From contig JBMYXO010000004.1 of assembly GCA_049608465.1 (NCBI GenBank), positions 5,187 through 57,122 on the forward strand: a DNA stretch of 51,936 bases, read 5' to 3'. The position numbers and the translations under genes were made by a program. The notes below the pieces were generated by a model. The model was not told the origin of the DNA. It made no database searches and saw only the letters and a program-made list of their open reading frames with translations. Each line of letters starts with the position of its first letter. Position 1 is the stretch's first letter. Source of the stretch: Solirubrobacterales bacterium. Its GTDB lineage: Bacteria; Actinomycetota; Thermoleophilia; Solirubrobacterales; JACPNS01. This document shows positions 19,587 through 29,483 of this stretch, one piece after another.

Positions 19587-21269
19587 GTGAGCGAAAAGCT
19601 GCGAGTCCTTCCGCTCGGCGGACTGGGCGAAATAGGCAAGAACATGACCGTCGTCGAGTACGGCAGATCGATTGTGATCGTCGACACGGGGCTGATGTTT
19701 CCGACGGCGGACATGCTCGGCATCGATCTCGTGTTGCCCGACTTCGACTATCTGCGGGGGCGCGCCGACGACATCGAGGCGATCGTCATCACTCACGGAC
19801 ACGAGGATCACATCGGCGCGCTTCCGTACGTGATTCGCGAAATTTTTCCCGAAGAAACGCCACCGGTGTTCGGTGCCCCGCTGACGGCGGCGATGGCTCG
19901 ATCAAAACTCGAAGAACACAAGCTTGCGGACGCCGTCGAGGTGATCGAAACCGAGGAGCTGGATCCATTTGAAGTTGGACCGTTCACGATCGAATTGATC
20001 CACGTCTCGCACTCGATCCCGGATGCATGCGCGGTGCTGGTGGATACGCCGGCCGGAAACCTGTTGATCACCGGTGACTACAAATTTGACCAGACACCCG
20101 TCGACGGCCGACCGACCGACGTCTCGCGGTTGGCCGAGCTCGGCCAAGAGGGTCTGACGCTGCTCTGCGGCGACTCGACCAACGCCGATCGTCAGGGCAT
20201 GGCACTTAGCGAATCCTCGGTCGGCCCGCACCTCAAAGAAGTCTTTGCGCACTGCGACGGACGGGTGTTGGTGACCAGCTTTGCCTCGAACATCCACCGT
20301 GTTCAGCAGGTGATCGACGCGTCTCTGCATCACGGCCGCAAGGTTTGCATGGTCGGGCGGTCGATGCGGCGAAACTTTGCGATCGGTCGCAAGCTCGGTC
20401 ACATCTACGTCGATGAGAGCAAGGTCATCAATCCCAAGCAGCTCGATGACTTTCCCGACGATGAGATCACGATCATCTGCACCGGCAGCCAGGGAGAACC
20501 GCTGGCGGCGCTGCGCCGAATGGCCAACAATGATCACCCGCAGATCACTCTGCATTCCGGCGACACGGTGATGTTTTCAGCGTCGCCGGTTCCGGGGAAT
20601 GAGCGCGCTGTGAACGAGACGATCGACCGACTCTTCCACATCGGGGCACGCGTGATCACCGCCAAGGATGAGCCGATCCACACCTCCGGACACGGTTATC
20701 GAGAAGAGCTCAAATTGATGATCAACCTGACAAAGCCGCGTTTCGTGATGCCGATCCACGGCGATTATCAGCGATTGATTTTGCATTCGCGAATCGCCGA
20801 AGAGGTCGGAATTGATCCGGCCGACATCTTCCAACTCGAGAATGGCCTGCCGCTCGAGATCGATTCCAACGGCGCGAAAATCGGCGAACGTGTAAAGAGT
20901 GGTGTGATCTTCGTCGATGGCCTCGAGGTCGGAGACGTCGAGGACGTTGCCCTGCGCGATCGGCGGATGCTGAGCAGTGACGGTGTGTTCATCGTCGTGG
21001 CAACCGTTTCGGAACAGTCAGGAAAATCGATCTCGGAACCGGAAGTGATCTTCCGTGGCGTTCCCTTCATGGACGAGGCGGACGACATGATCGAAGACCT
21101 TCGCGTCGCCGTGGAATCCTCGATTACCGACCTTGCGAAAAAGGTCACGAACAACGAGGGCGTTGCCGAGGCCGAACTGCGCGAGAAGCTCCACAACGAT
21201 GTCGCGCGCTTCGTCTACGGACGTACCAAACGGCGCCCGATGGTGCTGCCCGTCGTCGTTGAGGTCTGA
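19587..21269 (+). CDS. rnj: Ribonuclease J
   Basis: 'LPLGGLGEIGKNM' and the metallo-beta-lactamase motif 'THGHEDHIGA'. About 560 aa. Confidence 0.93.
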   Translation: MSEKLRVLPLGGLGEIGKNMTVVEYGRSIVIVDTGLMFPTADMLGIDLVLPDFDYLRGRADDIEAIVITHGHEDHIGALPYVIREIFPEETPPVFGAPLTAAMARSKLEEHKLADAVEVIETEELDPFEVGPFTIELIHVSHSIPDACAVLVDTPAGNLLITGDYKFDQTPVDGRPTDVSRLAELGQEGLTLLCGDSTNADRQGMALSESSVGPHLKEVFAHCDGRVLVTSFASNIHRVQQVIDASLHHGRKVCMVGRSMRRNFAIGRKLGHIYVDESKVINPKQLDDFPDDEITIICTGSQGEPLAALRRMANNDHPQITLHSGDTVMFSASPVPGNERAVNETIDRLFHIGARVITAKDEPIHTSGHGYREELKLMINLTKPRFVMPIHGDYQRLILHSRIAEEVGIDPADIFQLENGLPLEIDSNGAKIGERVKSGVIFVDGLEVGDVEDVALRDRRMLSSDGVFIVVATVSEQSGKSISEPEVIFRGVPFMDEADDMIEDLRVAVESSITDLAKKVTNNEGVAEAELREKLHNDVARFVYGRTKRRPMVLPVVVEV

Positions 21270-21330
21270 GCTGATCTGATTCGACGGCAGGCTTCGCAGT
21301 GATGCCGTCGAAGGAGTCGCCTAAGAACTG

Positions 21331-23829
21331 ATGGCGACCAAGACGAAGAACACACGCAAACCTGCGGCGAAACGAAGCACCGCGGGCAAAACTGCGCGGC
21401 CTGCTGCGCGCAAGAAGTCGGCGACGGTGCGCACCAAGAAATCTGCGCCGTCACGCCGTGCACGAAGCGGCGAAATCACTCGTCAGCAGCGGCTCGACGC
21501 GATCGGATTGGCGATGCTCGCTGGAGCGGTGTTCTTCGCATTTGTTTTCTACTTCGGTTGGCAGGGAGGAAAACTCGGCGACGGGGTTGCATCGTTGATG
21601 ACGTCGTTGGTCGGTCAAGGCGCGTATCTCGTTCCGCTTGCGTTGGCGATCGGGGGAATGGTCGCGATCATGCGCCCGGTTCTGCCAGAGATGTCGTTTC
21701 GTTGGCCGGCGGTGACGATGCTGAGCGCCGGAGTTCTGCTTGGGTTGTCCGCTGGAACGCTCGGACTGGGCGCGTCCACGCCTGCGCTGCACGAGATTTT
21801 CAATCCGGAGTACTACAAGGGCCACGGCGGGATCATCGGCGAGACATTGTTCTGGGCGACGTCCAAGCTGACTGGCGTGATCGGTGCAAACGTGATCGCA
21901 GTTGCTCTCACAGCGATCGGTGCGCTCCAGCTTTCCGGTGTTCCATTGGTCGCCATGGCGCAGGGCGCGCTTGATTTTGTCACCGCAGGTGCGAGCCGTG
22001 CCCAGCGATCCACAGCCGAGACGAATGGCGGTCGCAGCATCAACCAGCCCGCCGCAGCCAGGGCCGAAGACGTTTTGCCGCCTGAACCTCACGGGGTTGA
22101 GCCGGTGGTTCGTTCAACGCACGTCGAGGCCGCGCCCGTCGAGATGGACTCGATGATCGACGGCGACCCCGGTCCGGAATCCGCTGCCGATCCCGCGATC
22201 GACGACATCGAGGTGGAATTGATCGAACCGGACGTCGAACCGGATGCGATCGTCGTATCTGACACGTCCGAACAGGCCTCGATCTCCGACGTGACCGTCA
22301 CCGAATCGGACGAGATCGCCTACAAGCGCCCCAGCTCGAAGGTGCTCGAACGTTCGAATGACAAGCCGAAGAAGAACGACGCCGCGGCCCAGGACAAGAT
22401 CGCCACACAGTTGGTTGAGTCGCTGGGTCACTTTGGTGTCGAGGCCAAACTTGTCGGAACGGTCGCCGGACCTCACGTGACCCGTTTTGAGCTGCGGCTT
22501 GCTCCGGGAACGAAGATGTCGAAGGTCGCGCAGTTGAAGGACGATCTGGCATATGCGCTCGCGAGCACTGATATCCGCATCCTCGCCCCGATCCCCGGCA
22601 AGCAGGCCGTGGGCGTTGAAGTTCCGAACATCCACCGCAGCATGGTCCGTCTCGGCGATGTTTATCAGCCGCTTCCTAAAGACTGGTCACCGGTCAGCGT
22701 CTGGCTGGGCAAGGACATCGCCGGCAAAGCGATCGGCACTGACATCGCGAAAATGCCACACCTGCTCGTCGCCGGAACCACGGGTGCCGGTAAATCCGGG
22801 TGCATCAACACTCTGCTCTGCTCGATCCTTCTCGGTGCCACGCCCAACGACGTAAAACTTGTGCTGATCGACCCGAAGCAGGTCGAGCTCAACCTCTATG
22901 AACAGATTCCGCACCTGCTCACGCCCGTCGTCACCAGCCCGCGGATGGCCGCCAACGTTCTGAACAACCTCATTCGCGAGATGGAGCAGCGCTATACGTT
23001 GATGAGCGCCTACAAGTGCCGCAACATCGTCGAACTCAACGCGAAGCGCGCGAAGAAGGGGGAGGCCAAGCTGCCCTACATCCTCTGTGTGATCGACGAA
23101 CTGGCCGACCTGATGATGGTCGCGCCGGGTGAAGTCGAGGACGCCATCATTCGCCTCGCGCAGAAGGCTCGTGCGATCGGAATCCACCTGCTGCTTGCCA
23201 CGCAGCGACCAAGTGCGGACATCATCACCGGAATGATCAAGGCGAACGTGCCTTCTCGCATTGCCTTCGCGGTCAGCTCGCAGACCGACTCCCGTGTAAT
23301 CCTCGACCAGAACGGCGCCGAGTCGCTGCTCGGCCAGGGAGACATGCTCTTCAATCCGATTGGAAGCTCGAAGCTCCAACGCATCCAAGGTGCCTTCGTC
23401 ACCGAGGAGGAGATCATCAAGCTGACTGACTTTTGGCGCGCCCAGGGTGAGCCGGAGTTTCATACCGAACTGCTCGAGGCCGCTGAAGAAGACGACAAGG
23501 ATGACCGCGACGGCCTGGACCCGGACACCGACGACCTGCTGCCGGAGGCGATCTCAACGGTTGTCCAGATGGGCACGGCATCGACGTCGATGCTCCAACG
23601 TCGCCTACGTGTTGGCTACACCCGTGCAGGTCGTCTGATCGACATGATGGAGCGGCGCGCCGTGATCAGCGGCTACGAAGGGTCGAAGGCACGACAGGTA
23701 CTGATCACCGAGGCCGATCTACCGCGGGTTCTGGCGATGCTGGATGGCAAAGGCCAGCCACCCGCACCCGACTCGGTGCTGACGCAGTCGACCTCCGAAC
23801 ACACGCTCGAGCAGCCGACCATCTCTTAG
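21331..23829 (+). CDS. ftsK: DNA translocase FtsK
   Basis: Basic N-terminus, four TM segments, Walker A 'GTTGAGKSG', C-terminal gamma (winged-helix) domain 'STSMLQRRLRVGYTRAGRLID'. Confidence 0.95.
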   Translation: MATKTKNTRKPAAKRSTAGKTARPAARKKSATVRTKKSAPSRRARSGEITRQQRLDAIGLAMLAGAVFFAFVFYFGWQGGKLGDGVASLMTSLVGQGAYLVPLALAIGGMVAIMRPVLPEMSFRWPAVTMLSAGVLLGLSAGTLGLGASTPALHEIFNPEYYKGHGGIIGETLFWATSKLTGVIGANVIAVALTAIGALQLSGVPLVAMAQGALDFVTAGASRAQRSTAETNGGRSINQPAAARAEDVLPPEPHGVEPVVRSTHVEAAPVEMDSMIDGDPGPESAADPAIDDIEVELIEPDVEPDAIVVSDTSEQASISDVTVTESDEIAYKRPSSKVLERSNDKPKKNDAAAQDKIATQLVESLGHFGVEAKLVGTVAGPHVTRFELRLAPGTKMSKVAQLKDDLAYALASTDIRILAPIPGKQAVGVEVPNIHRSMVRLGDVYQPLPKDWSPVSVWLGKDIAGKAIGTDIAKMPHLLVAGTTGAGKSGCINTLLCSILLGATPNDVKLVLIDPKQVELNLYEQIPHLLTPVVTSPRMAANVLNNLIREMEQRYTLMSAYKCRNIVELNAKRAKKGEAKLPYILCVIDELADLMMVAPGEVEDAIIRLAQKARAIGIHLLLATQRPSADIITGMIKANVPSRIAFAVSSQTDSRVILDQNGAESLLGQGDMLFNPIGSSKLQRIQGAFVTEEEIIKLTDFWRAQGEPEFHTELLEAAEEDDKDDRDGLDPDTDDLLPEAISTVVQMGTASTSMLQRRLRVGYTRAGRLIDMMERRAVISGYEGSKARQVLITEADLPRVLAMLDGKGQPPAPDSVLTQSTSEHTLEQPTIS

Positions 23830-23864
23830 CCACAAAAGCAATCTTCATCGCCTAGATTCTCGGT

Positions 23865-24242
23865 ATGGCAGAGATCGGCGAGACACTACGTGAACGACGC
23901 ATGGCGATGAAAGTCGACGTCCACGAGGTCGAGGAAGAGACCAAGATTCGGGCAAAGTACCTACGCGCGCTCGAGAACGAGGAGTACAACCTGCTCCCGG
24001 GCAATGCCTACGTGAAGAGCTTTCTTCGCACCTATGCCGATTATCTTGGGCTCGACAGCAGGGCTTTGGTCGACGTTTACCGTGCGCAAGCGGACGCTGG
24101 CGAAGACGATCCAGCGTTCTTCACGGCTCGCGCGGAACCCGCCGGGAAGCGATCGCGACGATGGGTATTCCTGGTCGTTGCACTCGTGGTCATCGTGCTC
24201 GCGCTGTTCTTGATCGGAACGATCGGCGGGGGCGGATCGTAA
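23865..24242 (+). CDS. RodZ-like helix-turn-helix membrane protein (short form)
   Basis: 'IGETLRERRMAMKVDVHEVEEETKIRAKYLRALENEEYNLLPG..YVKSFLRTYADYLGLD' plus one C-terminal TM segment. Confidence 0.7.
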   Translation: MAEIGETLRERRMAMKVDVHEVEEETKIRAKYLRALENEEYNLLPGNAYVKSFLRTYADYLGLDSRALVDVYRAQADAGEDDPAFFTARAEPAGKRSRRWVFLVVALVVIVLALFLIGTIGGGGS

Positions 24243-24252
24243 GCTCCCGCGC

Positions 24253-25581
24253 ATGGGTACGGATCAAGTCGTGACAGACGGGGGCGTTCGCGGCACCTCG
24301 GCGCGCACCCAGGTACGCGCGGGCATCGTCATAACCGGCACCGAAGTTGTAACTGCGCGAATCGTCGATCGCAACAGCCCGTGGCTCTCGGAACGCCTGC
24401 GTGAGCTCGGGTTTGATCTCGTTCACGTGACAATCTGTCGCGATCGACCAGAAGATATTCGCGCTCAGCTCGATTTCATGCATTCGCAAGGCATCGAACT
24501 CGTTTGTACGACCGGCGGCCTCGGTCCTACTGCGGACGACATGACGGCGCAGATCGTGGGCGAGTTCTGCGAGCGCGAGCTGTTTCTGGACGAGGAGTTG
24601 CTGGCAAGGATCAAGGAAATCATCAGTGGTTTCTCGATCCGCATGAACTGGGACCAGGAAGCACTGGAAGCCGGTTCGCGCAAGCAAGCCATCGTGCCGA
24701 GAGGCGCGGCGATTCTGGGTCCGGCCGGAACCGCTCCCGGCCTTGTCGTACCACCGCCAGAAGACAGCGACAAGCCGACCGTGGTGGTGCTCCCCGGCCC
24801 ACCGGGCGAGCTTCAGGCGATCTGGAAGGAGGCGATCGCCACCGCTGAGTTCAAAGCGGTCGCGGCGCGCACGGTTGTGTTCGAAGAACAGATGATCCGA
24901 ATGATCGGTATTCCTGAGAGCGACATCGCGAAGACTTTGCGCGAGTTCGATGAGCAATACGGACTCGGTGACATGGAGATAACGACCTGCCTACGCAAGG
25001 GCGAGATGGAGATTCTCGTCAGCCACCATCCCGACGATCATGCGCGCCGCGAAGCGCTGATGGAGGCCTTCAACGAGCAATACAGTCACGCGATTTTTTC
25101 CGAGAACGGGGAGACGATTGACGAACAGGTCGTGCGGTTGCTGGACGGACGCAAGTTGGCACTTGCCGAGTCTTGCACCGGCGGGCTGCTCGCCGAGCGG
25201 TTGACTGAAACCCCCGGCTCATCCAAGTATTTCCAGGGCAGCGCCGTCACCTACTCAGACTCGGCGAAGGCGGAGGTATTGAATGTTGACCCAGAGCTGA
25301 TCTCGGCAAAGGGCGCTGTGTCAGAGGAGGTCGCCAAGGAAATGGCCATCGGCGCCCTCGATGTCTTCGACGCCGACTTCGCGGTTTCGATCACAGGCGT
25401 CGCAGGACCCGACGGCGGCAGCGCAGAGAAGCCCGTCGGAACGGTCTGTTTTCACGCCGCATCCGCCGACGGACGCGAGCGCACGTTGCGGATCGTTCTG
25501 CCCGGCCGTCGTCGTGACGTGCAAGAGCGCGCGGCAACGGTTGCCCTGCACATCGTGCGGTCCTTGATCGTCGACAGTTGA
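24253..25581 (+). CDS. cinA: CinA-family protein (MoCF-type domain plus PncC-like nicotinamide-nucleotide amidase domain)
   Basis: 'GIVITGTEVV', 'TTGGLGPTADD', C-terminal 'ESCTGGLLAERLT'. GTG 24271 is also a possible start. Confidence 0.9.
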   Translation: MGTDQVVTDGGVRGTSARTQVRAGIVITGTEVVTARIVDRNSPWLSERLRELGFDLVHVTICRDRPEDIRAQLDFMHSQGIELVCTTGGLGPTADDMTAQIVGEFCERELFLDEELLARIKEIISGFSIRMNWDQEALEAGSRKQAIVPRGAAILGPAGTAPGLVVPPPEDSDKPTVVVLPGPPGELQAIWKEAIATAEFKAVAARTVVFEEQMIRMIGIPESDIAKTLREFDEQYGLGDMEITTCLRKGEMEILVSHHPDDHARREALMEAFNEQYSHAIFSENGETIDEQVVRLLDGRKLALAESCTGGLLAERLTETPGSSKYFQGSAVTYSDSAKAEVLNVDPELISAKGAVSEEVAKEMAIGALDVFDADFAVSITGVAGPDGGSAEKPVGTVCFHAASADGRERTLRIVLPGRRRDVQERAATVALHIVRSLIVDS

Positions 25582-25615
25582 TTACGGAGCGCCTCGGTCG
25601 ATCGCCGTGCAGCCG

Positions 25616-25645
25616 TTGTTGCACGAACGCCTGTTCGTGTATTTT
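25616..25645 (+). promoter_or_regulatory. Putative recA promoter (-35 ttgttg, 18-nt spacer, -10 tatttt)
   Basis: Hexamers read directly from the sequence. The spacer is exactly the SOS-box palindrome. Confidence 0.4.
25622..25639 (+). promoter_or_regulatory. LexA-type SOS box (Cheo-box class)
   Basis: Perfect palindrome cacGAACgcctGTTCgtg. It matches the Gram-positive/actinobacterial consensus CGAAC-N4-GTTCG and lies upstream of recA. Confidence 0.7.
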
Positions 25646-25799
25646 CCGTCCGAGCGCTGCTGTTACCTAACGATCAAGAACTTTTCATGAAGTCGTGAAT
25701 TTTTACGAGACCGTGCGTCAATCGTTCGATTTCGGTCTTGATCCACAACACGCTTGCTCGTTCAATCGAGTCATGCAGAGAAACGAACAGGAGATATTC

Positions 25800-26912
25800 G
25801 TGGAACGAGTAGAGCTCAACGACAAACAGAAGTCCGCAGCGCTCGATGGTGCGCTGACCCAGATCGAGCGACAGTTCGGCAAGGGCACGGTCATGCGCAT
25901 GGGCGACGACGACGCGCGCCAAAAGATCGCGGCTATCCCGACCGGGGTGCTTTCGCTCGACCTCGCACTCGGTATCGGTGGCGTCCCTGCGGGTCGCATC
26001 GTCGAGATCTACGGTCCGGAGTCGTCGGGTAAGACGACGCTCGTCTACGAGATCATCGCCCAGGCCCAGAAGATGGGCGGAACCTGCGCATTCATCGACG
26101 CCGAGCACGCAATGGATCCGGAGTACGCCGCGCGAATCGGAGTCGACATCGACAGTCTCCTTGTTTCGCAGCCCGATTACGGCGAGCAGGCGCTTGAAAT
26201 CGCTGACATGCTCGTACGGTCCGGTGCGATGGCCGTCGTGGCTGTCGATTCGGTCGCGGCGTTGACGCCAAAGACCGAGCTCGAAGGAGCGATGGGCGAC
26301 CAGACGGTCGGTCTCCAGGCTCGCATGATGAGTCAGGCGATGCGCAAGATCGCCGGTAACTTGAACCGCACCGACACGACCTGCATCTTCATCAACCAGA
26401 TCCGCGAAAAGATTGGCGTGATGTTTGGATCGCCCGAGACGCAGCCCGGTGGTCGAGCACTGAAGTTCTTCAGTTCGCAACGCCTCGACATCCGCCGCAT
26501 CGAGTCGCTCAAGGAGGGCACCGAGGTTGTTGGCAACCGCGTACGCGTGAAAGTCGTCAAGAACAAGGTCGCCCCGCCGTTCCGCCAGGCCGAGTTCGAC
26601 ATCGAGTTTGGTCAGGGCATTTCCTCGGAGGGTTGCCTCGTGGACCTGGGCATCGAGCACAATGTTTTGACCAAGTCAGGCTCGTTCTTCTCCTACGGCG
26701 AGGTCAAGCTTGGCCAGGGACGCAACAACGTCAAGCAGTTCCTGCGCGACAACCCAGAACTCTGCCGCGAGATCGAACTGAAGGTCTACAGCGCGCTTGG
26801 TCTCGACTCCGAAGGCCGCACGATCCACGTGCCGACAGAGTCACCCGAAGAGGAAGACCTGGCGGCCGAGGCCGACGTTGAGCCGGAGGTCAAGGCGGCT
26901 ACGGCTGCTTAG
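25800..26912 (+). CDS. recA: Recombinase RecA
   Basis: '[26 protein letters not shown]', Walker A 'GPESSGKTT'. GTG 25800 has aggag 6 nt upstream. The track ORF (25695) extends further, probably artificially. Confidence 0.97.
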   Translation: MERVELNDKQKSAALDGALTQIERQFGKGTVMRMGDDDARQKIAAIPTGVLSLDLALGIGGVPAGRIVEIYGPESSGKTTLVYEIIAQAQKMGGTCAFIDAEHAMDPEYAARIGVDIDSLLVSQPDYGEQALEIADMLVRSGAMAVVAVDSVAALTPKTELEGAMGDQTVGLQARMMSQAMRKIAGNLNRTDTTCIFINQIREKIGVMFGSPETQPGGRALKFFSSQRLDIRRIESLKEGTEVVGNRVRVKVVKNKVAPPFRQAEFDIEFGQGISSEGCLVDLGIEHNVLTKSGSFFSYGEVKLGQGRNNVKQFLRDNPELCREIELKVYSALGLDSEGRTIHVPTESPEEEDLAAEADVEPEVKAATAA

Positions 26913-26920
26913 CCTGTCTC

Positions 26921-26954
26921 CTCGATCGCAGTTGCGAAAATTCAGAGGATCGAG
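26921..26954 (+). terminator. Weak hairpin after recA
   Basis: ctcgatc / gatcgag with a 20-nt loop, followed by tagtttt. Confidence 0.25.
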
Positions 26955-26967
26955 TAGTTTTCCGCGC

Positions 26968-27426
26968 ATGACTCTTTACGAACTGTTCGTGGCACTTCAT
27001 GTTTTCTCCGCGATTGCTTGGGTTGGTGGGGCGACGTACGACCTCTTCATCGGCAAACGAGCGTTCGCCCAGGGCGGCGCAGAGACTCGTCAATGGCTGA
27101 CCGGGTTCTGGGAATGGATCGGCACCCACTATTTCATTCCGGTTTCGCTCGGCACGGTGATAACTGGGATTGCGGCGGTGATCGAGGGGCCGTGGTCGTT
27201 TTCGGAGCCGTTCGTGTCGATCGGTCTGGGTGTGTTCATCCTGCTGTTGATCAATGGCCTCGCTTTTCTGGAGCCGCAGGCAAAAAAGATCGCGGCCGAG
27301 GTCGAAGAATTCGGCGTCGAATCGCCTCAAGTCACGAATCGAGTTTCACGGGTCCTGAACGTCAGCATCTTCGAAGTAGGCATTCTCTACGCGCTCGTGT
27401 TCGTGATGGTTGTGAAACCCTTTTGA
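26968..27426 (+). CDS. Small integral membrane protein (four TM segments; DUF2269-like)
   Basis: 'MTLYELFVALHVFSAIAWVGG' start and four hydrophobic spans. The upstream part of the track ORF overlaps the recA 3' end and is Arg/Ser-rich junk. Confidence 0.6.
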   Translation: MTLYELFVALHVFSAIAWVGGATYDLFIGKRAFAQGGAETRQWLTGFWEWIGTHYFIPVSLGTVITGIAAVIEGPWSFSEPFVSIGLGVFILLLINGLAFLEPQAKKIAAEVEEFGVESPQVTNRVSRVLNVSIFEVGILYALVFVMVVKPF

Positions 27427-27452
27427 GCCGCAAACCACGGCGGAGCCCGTAG

Positions 27453-28103
27453 ATGTCTCTGACGCGAGTTCACAATCTCTCGATATCGCTGGACGGTTTC
27501 GCCGCCGGTGAGGTTCAGTCAAAGGACGCGCCAATGGGGCACGCGGGCATGCGGCTTCATGGGTGGATGATCGCGACGCGTTTTGGCGCACCGATCATCG
27601 GCAACGAGGGCGGATCTGCCGGCGTCGACGACGTCTTCGCCCAGCAGCACGAGGTGGGTATCGGCGCCGAAATCATGGGTGCTGGCAAGTTTGGACCGCC
27701 CGGATGGCAGGACGACGAGGACTGGAAGGGCTGGTGGGGCAAAAACCCTCCGTTCCACACGCCGACTTTCGTGCTGACCCATCGCCCGCGAGCGTCGATC
27801 GAGATGGAAGGTGGTACGACTTTCCACTTCCTCGACGCCTCACCCGCCGAGGCACTCGATGCTGCTCGCGATGCGGCGGGCGGTCAGGACGTTCGTATCG
27901 GTGGCGGCGCAACCACGGTGCGCGACTTTCTGTCTGCCGGCCTGATCGACCACATGCACTTGGTGCTGGTCCCGATTGTGCTCGGTAGAGGCGTGCGAGT
28001 TTGGGACGGGCTCGAGGCACTGGAAGACGACTATGAAATCGAGGCCGTCTCGGTGCCCAGCGGCGTCACGCACCTGACTTTCGATCGCAAGACCGCTGAC
28101 TAG
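27453..28103 (+). CDS. Dihydrofolate-reductase-like (RibD C-terminal domain) protein
   Basis: 'SISLDGFAAG', 'VRIGGGATTVRDFLSAGLIDHMHLVLVPIVLG'. Confidence 0.75.
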   Translation: MSLTRVHNLSISLDGFAAGEVQSKDAPMGHAGMRLHGWMIATRFGAPIIGNEGGSAGVDDVFAQQHEVGIGAEIMGAGKFGPPGWQDDEDWKGWWGKNPPFHTPTFVLTHRPRASIEMEGGTTFHFLDASPAEALDAARDAAGGQDVRIGGGATTVRDFLSAGLIDHMHLVLVPIVLGRGVRVWDGLEALEDDYEIEAVSVPSGVTHLTFDRKTAD

Positions 28104-28140
28104 GGCGGTCCGTCAGCCGCGAGAGAAGTACCCTGAGCAG

Positions 28141-29463
28141 ATGCCGAAGTACCACGTCACAACCTTCGGGTGCCAGATGAACGAGCACGACTCCGAGCGG
28201 ATGAAAGGGATGCTCGAATCGCTTGGTTACGACGAAGCGCCGGAGCAGGAGGGATCGGATCTGATCCTGTTCAATACTTGCTCGATCCGCGAGGCCGCCG
28301 ACACGAAGTTTGCCGCGCACCTCGGCAACGCCGGTCGCATCAAACGTGACAATCCCGGAACCGTGATTGGCGTGGGTGGCTGTTGGGCCCAGTCAGTCAA
28401 GGAAGAGGTGTTCGAGCAGTTCCCGTTTGTTGACGTGGCATTCGGACCCGGGCAGGTCCACAAACTTGCCGAGTTCCTCAACTCTGATTCGCTCACTGCA
28501 CAGGGATACTTCGAGTTCGAGGGCTTCACCGGCGACCTGCCGGCCCGACGCGAGCGCGAATTCCACGGGTGGACCCAGATCTCGATCGGCTGCCGCGAGG
28601 TCTGTTCATATTGCATCGTGCCGTCGACGCGAGGACGAGAAGTGAGCCGCGACCCCAATGACGTAATCGCGGATGTTGCCGCAATGGCCGAGGACGGTGT
28701 TCGCGAGATTACGCTCCTGGGACAGAACGTCAACTCTTACGGTCGCTCGTTGCCCAAGCATCAACGTCTCACCTTCGCGCAACTCCTCCGTGAAGTCGAC
28801 GCGATCGACGGCATCGATCGCATCCGATACACAAGCCCGCACCCCAAAGACATCAAGCTCGACGTGATCGAAGCACACGCGGAACTGCCGAGCCTGTGCG
28901 AGCACATTCATCTACCGCTGCAGTCGGGGTCGAGCGCGGTGCTCAAGCGCATGCGTCGCACATACGACCGCGAGCGATTCACGGACCGCGTGCGACTGAT
29001 CCGCGAATACGTACCGGACGTTTCGCTCTCGACCGACATCATCGTCGGTTTCCCAGGCGAGACGGAGCAAGACTTCAAAGAAACGCTCGAAGTTGTGGAT
29101 GAGTCCGCCTTCGACTCAGCCTTCACATTCAACTACTCGCCCCGCCGCGGCACCGAGGCCGCGACCTTCGAGGACCAGGTGCCGCATGAAGTCAAGCGCG
29201 ATCGTATGGAGCGTTTGGTCGACCTCGTTCAGCAGCACGCCGCCGAACGAGCGCAGCGATTCATCGGGCGAGACTTGGAGGTCCTCGTCGAAGGTCGATC
29301 CCGCAAGGACCCCGACAAGTTGCGCGGACGCAGCAGACACAACAAGGTCGTCAACTTCAGTGGTCTCGCAGAGGCCGGAGAGATGACCACCGTGAAGATC
29401 ACCGGTGCAACATCGCAGACGCTTGCTGGCGAAGAGTCGTTGCTGGCTCGCGCGTTGGCTTGA
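28141..29463 (+). CDS. miaB: tRNA-i6A37 methylthiotransferase MiaB
   Basis: 'TFGCQMNEHDSE', radical-SAM motif 'GCREVCSYCIVP', TRAM C-terminus. Confidence 0.93.
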   Translation: MPKYHVTTFGCQMNEHDSERMKGMLESLGYDEAPEQEGSDLILFNTCSIREAADTKFAAHLGNAGRIKRDNPGTVIGVGGCWAQSVKEEVFEQFPFVDVAFGPGQVHKLAEFLNSDSLTAQGYFEFEGFTGDLPARREREFHGWTQISIGCREVCSYCIVPSTRGREVSRDPNDVIADVAAMAEDGVREITLLGQNVNSYGRSLPKHQRLTFAQLLREVDAIDGIDRIRYTSPHPKDIKLDVIEAHAELPSLCEHIHLPLQSGSSAVLKRMRRTYDRERFTDRVRLIREYVPDVSLSTDIIVGFPGETEQDFKETLEVVDESAFDSAFTFNYSPRRGTEAATFEDQVPHEVKRDRMERLVDLVQQHAAERAQRFIGRDLEVLVEGRSRKDPDKLRGRSRHNKVVNFSGLAEAGEMTTVKITGATSQTLAGEESLLARALA

Positions 29464-29483
29464 ACGCCCGGCAGCCACTTCCC

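Noticed and set aside
22346-22357. Palindrome tcgaacgttcga inside ftsK, which looks like SOS-box half sites.
   Set aside because: It lacks the 4-nt spacer of the CGAAC-N4-GTTCG operator and lies deep inside a coding region.
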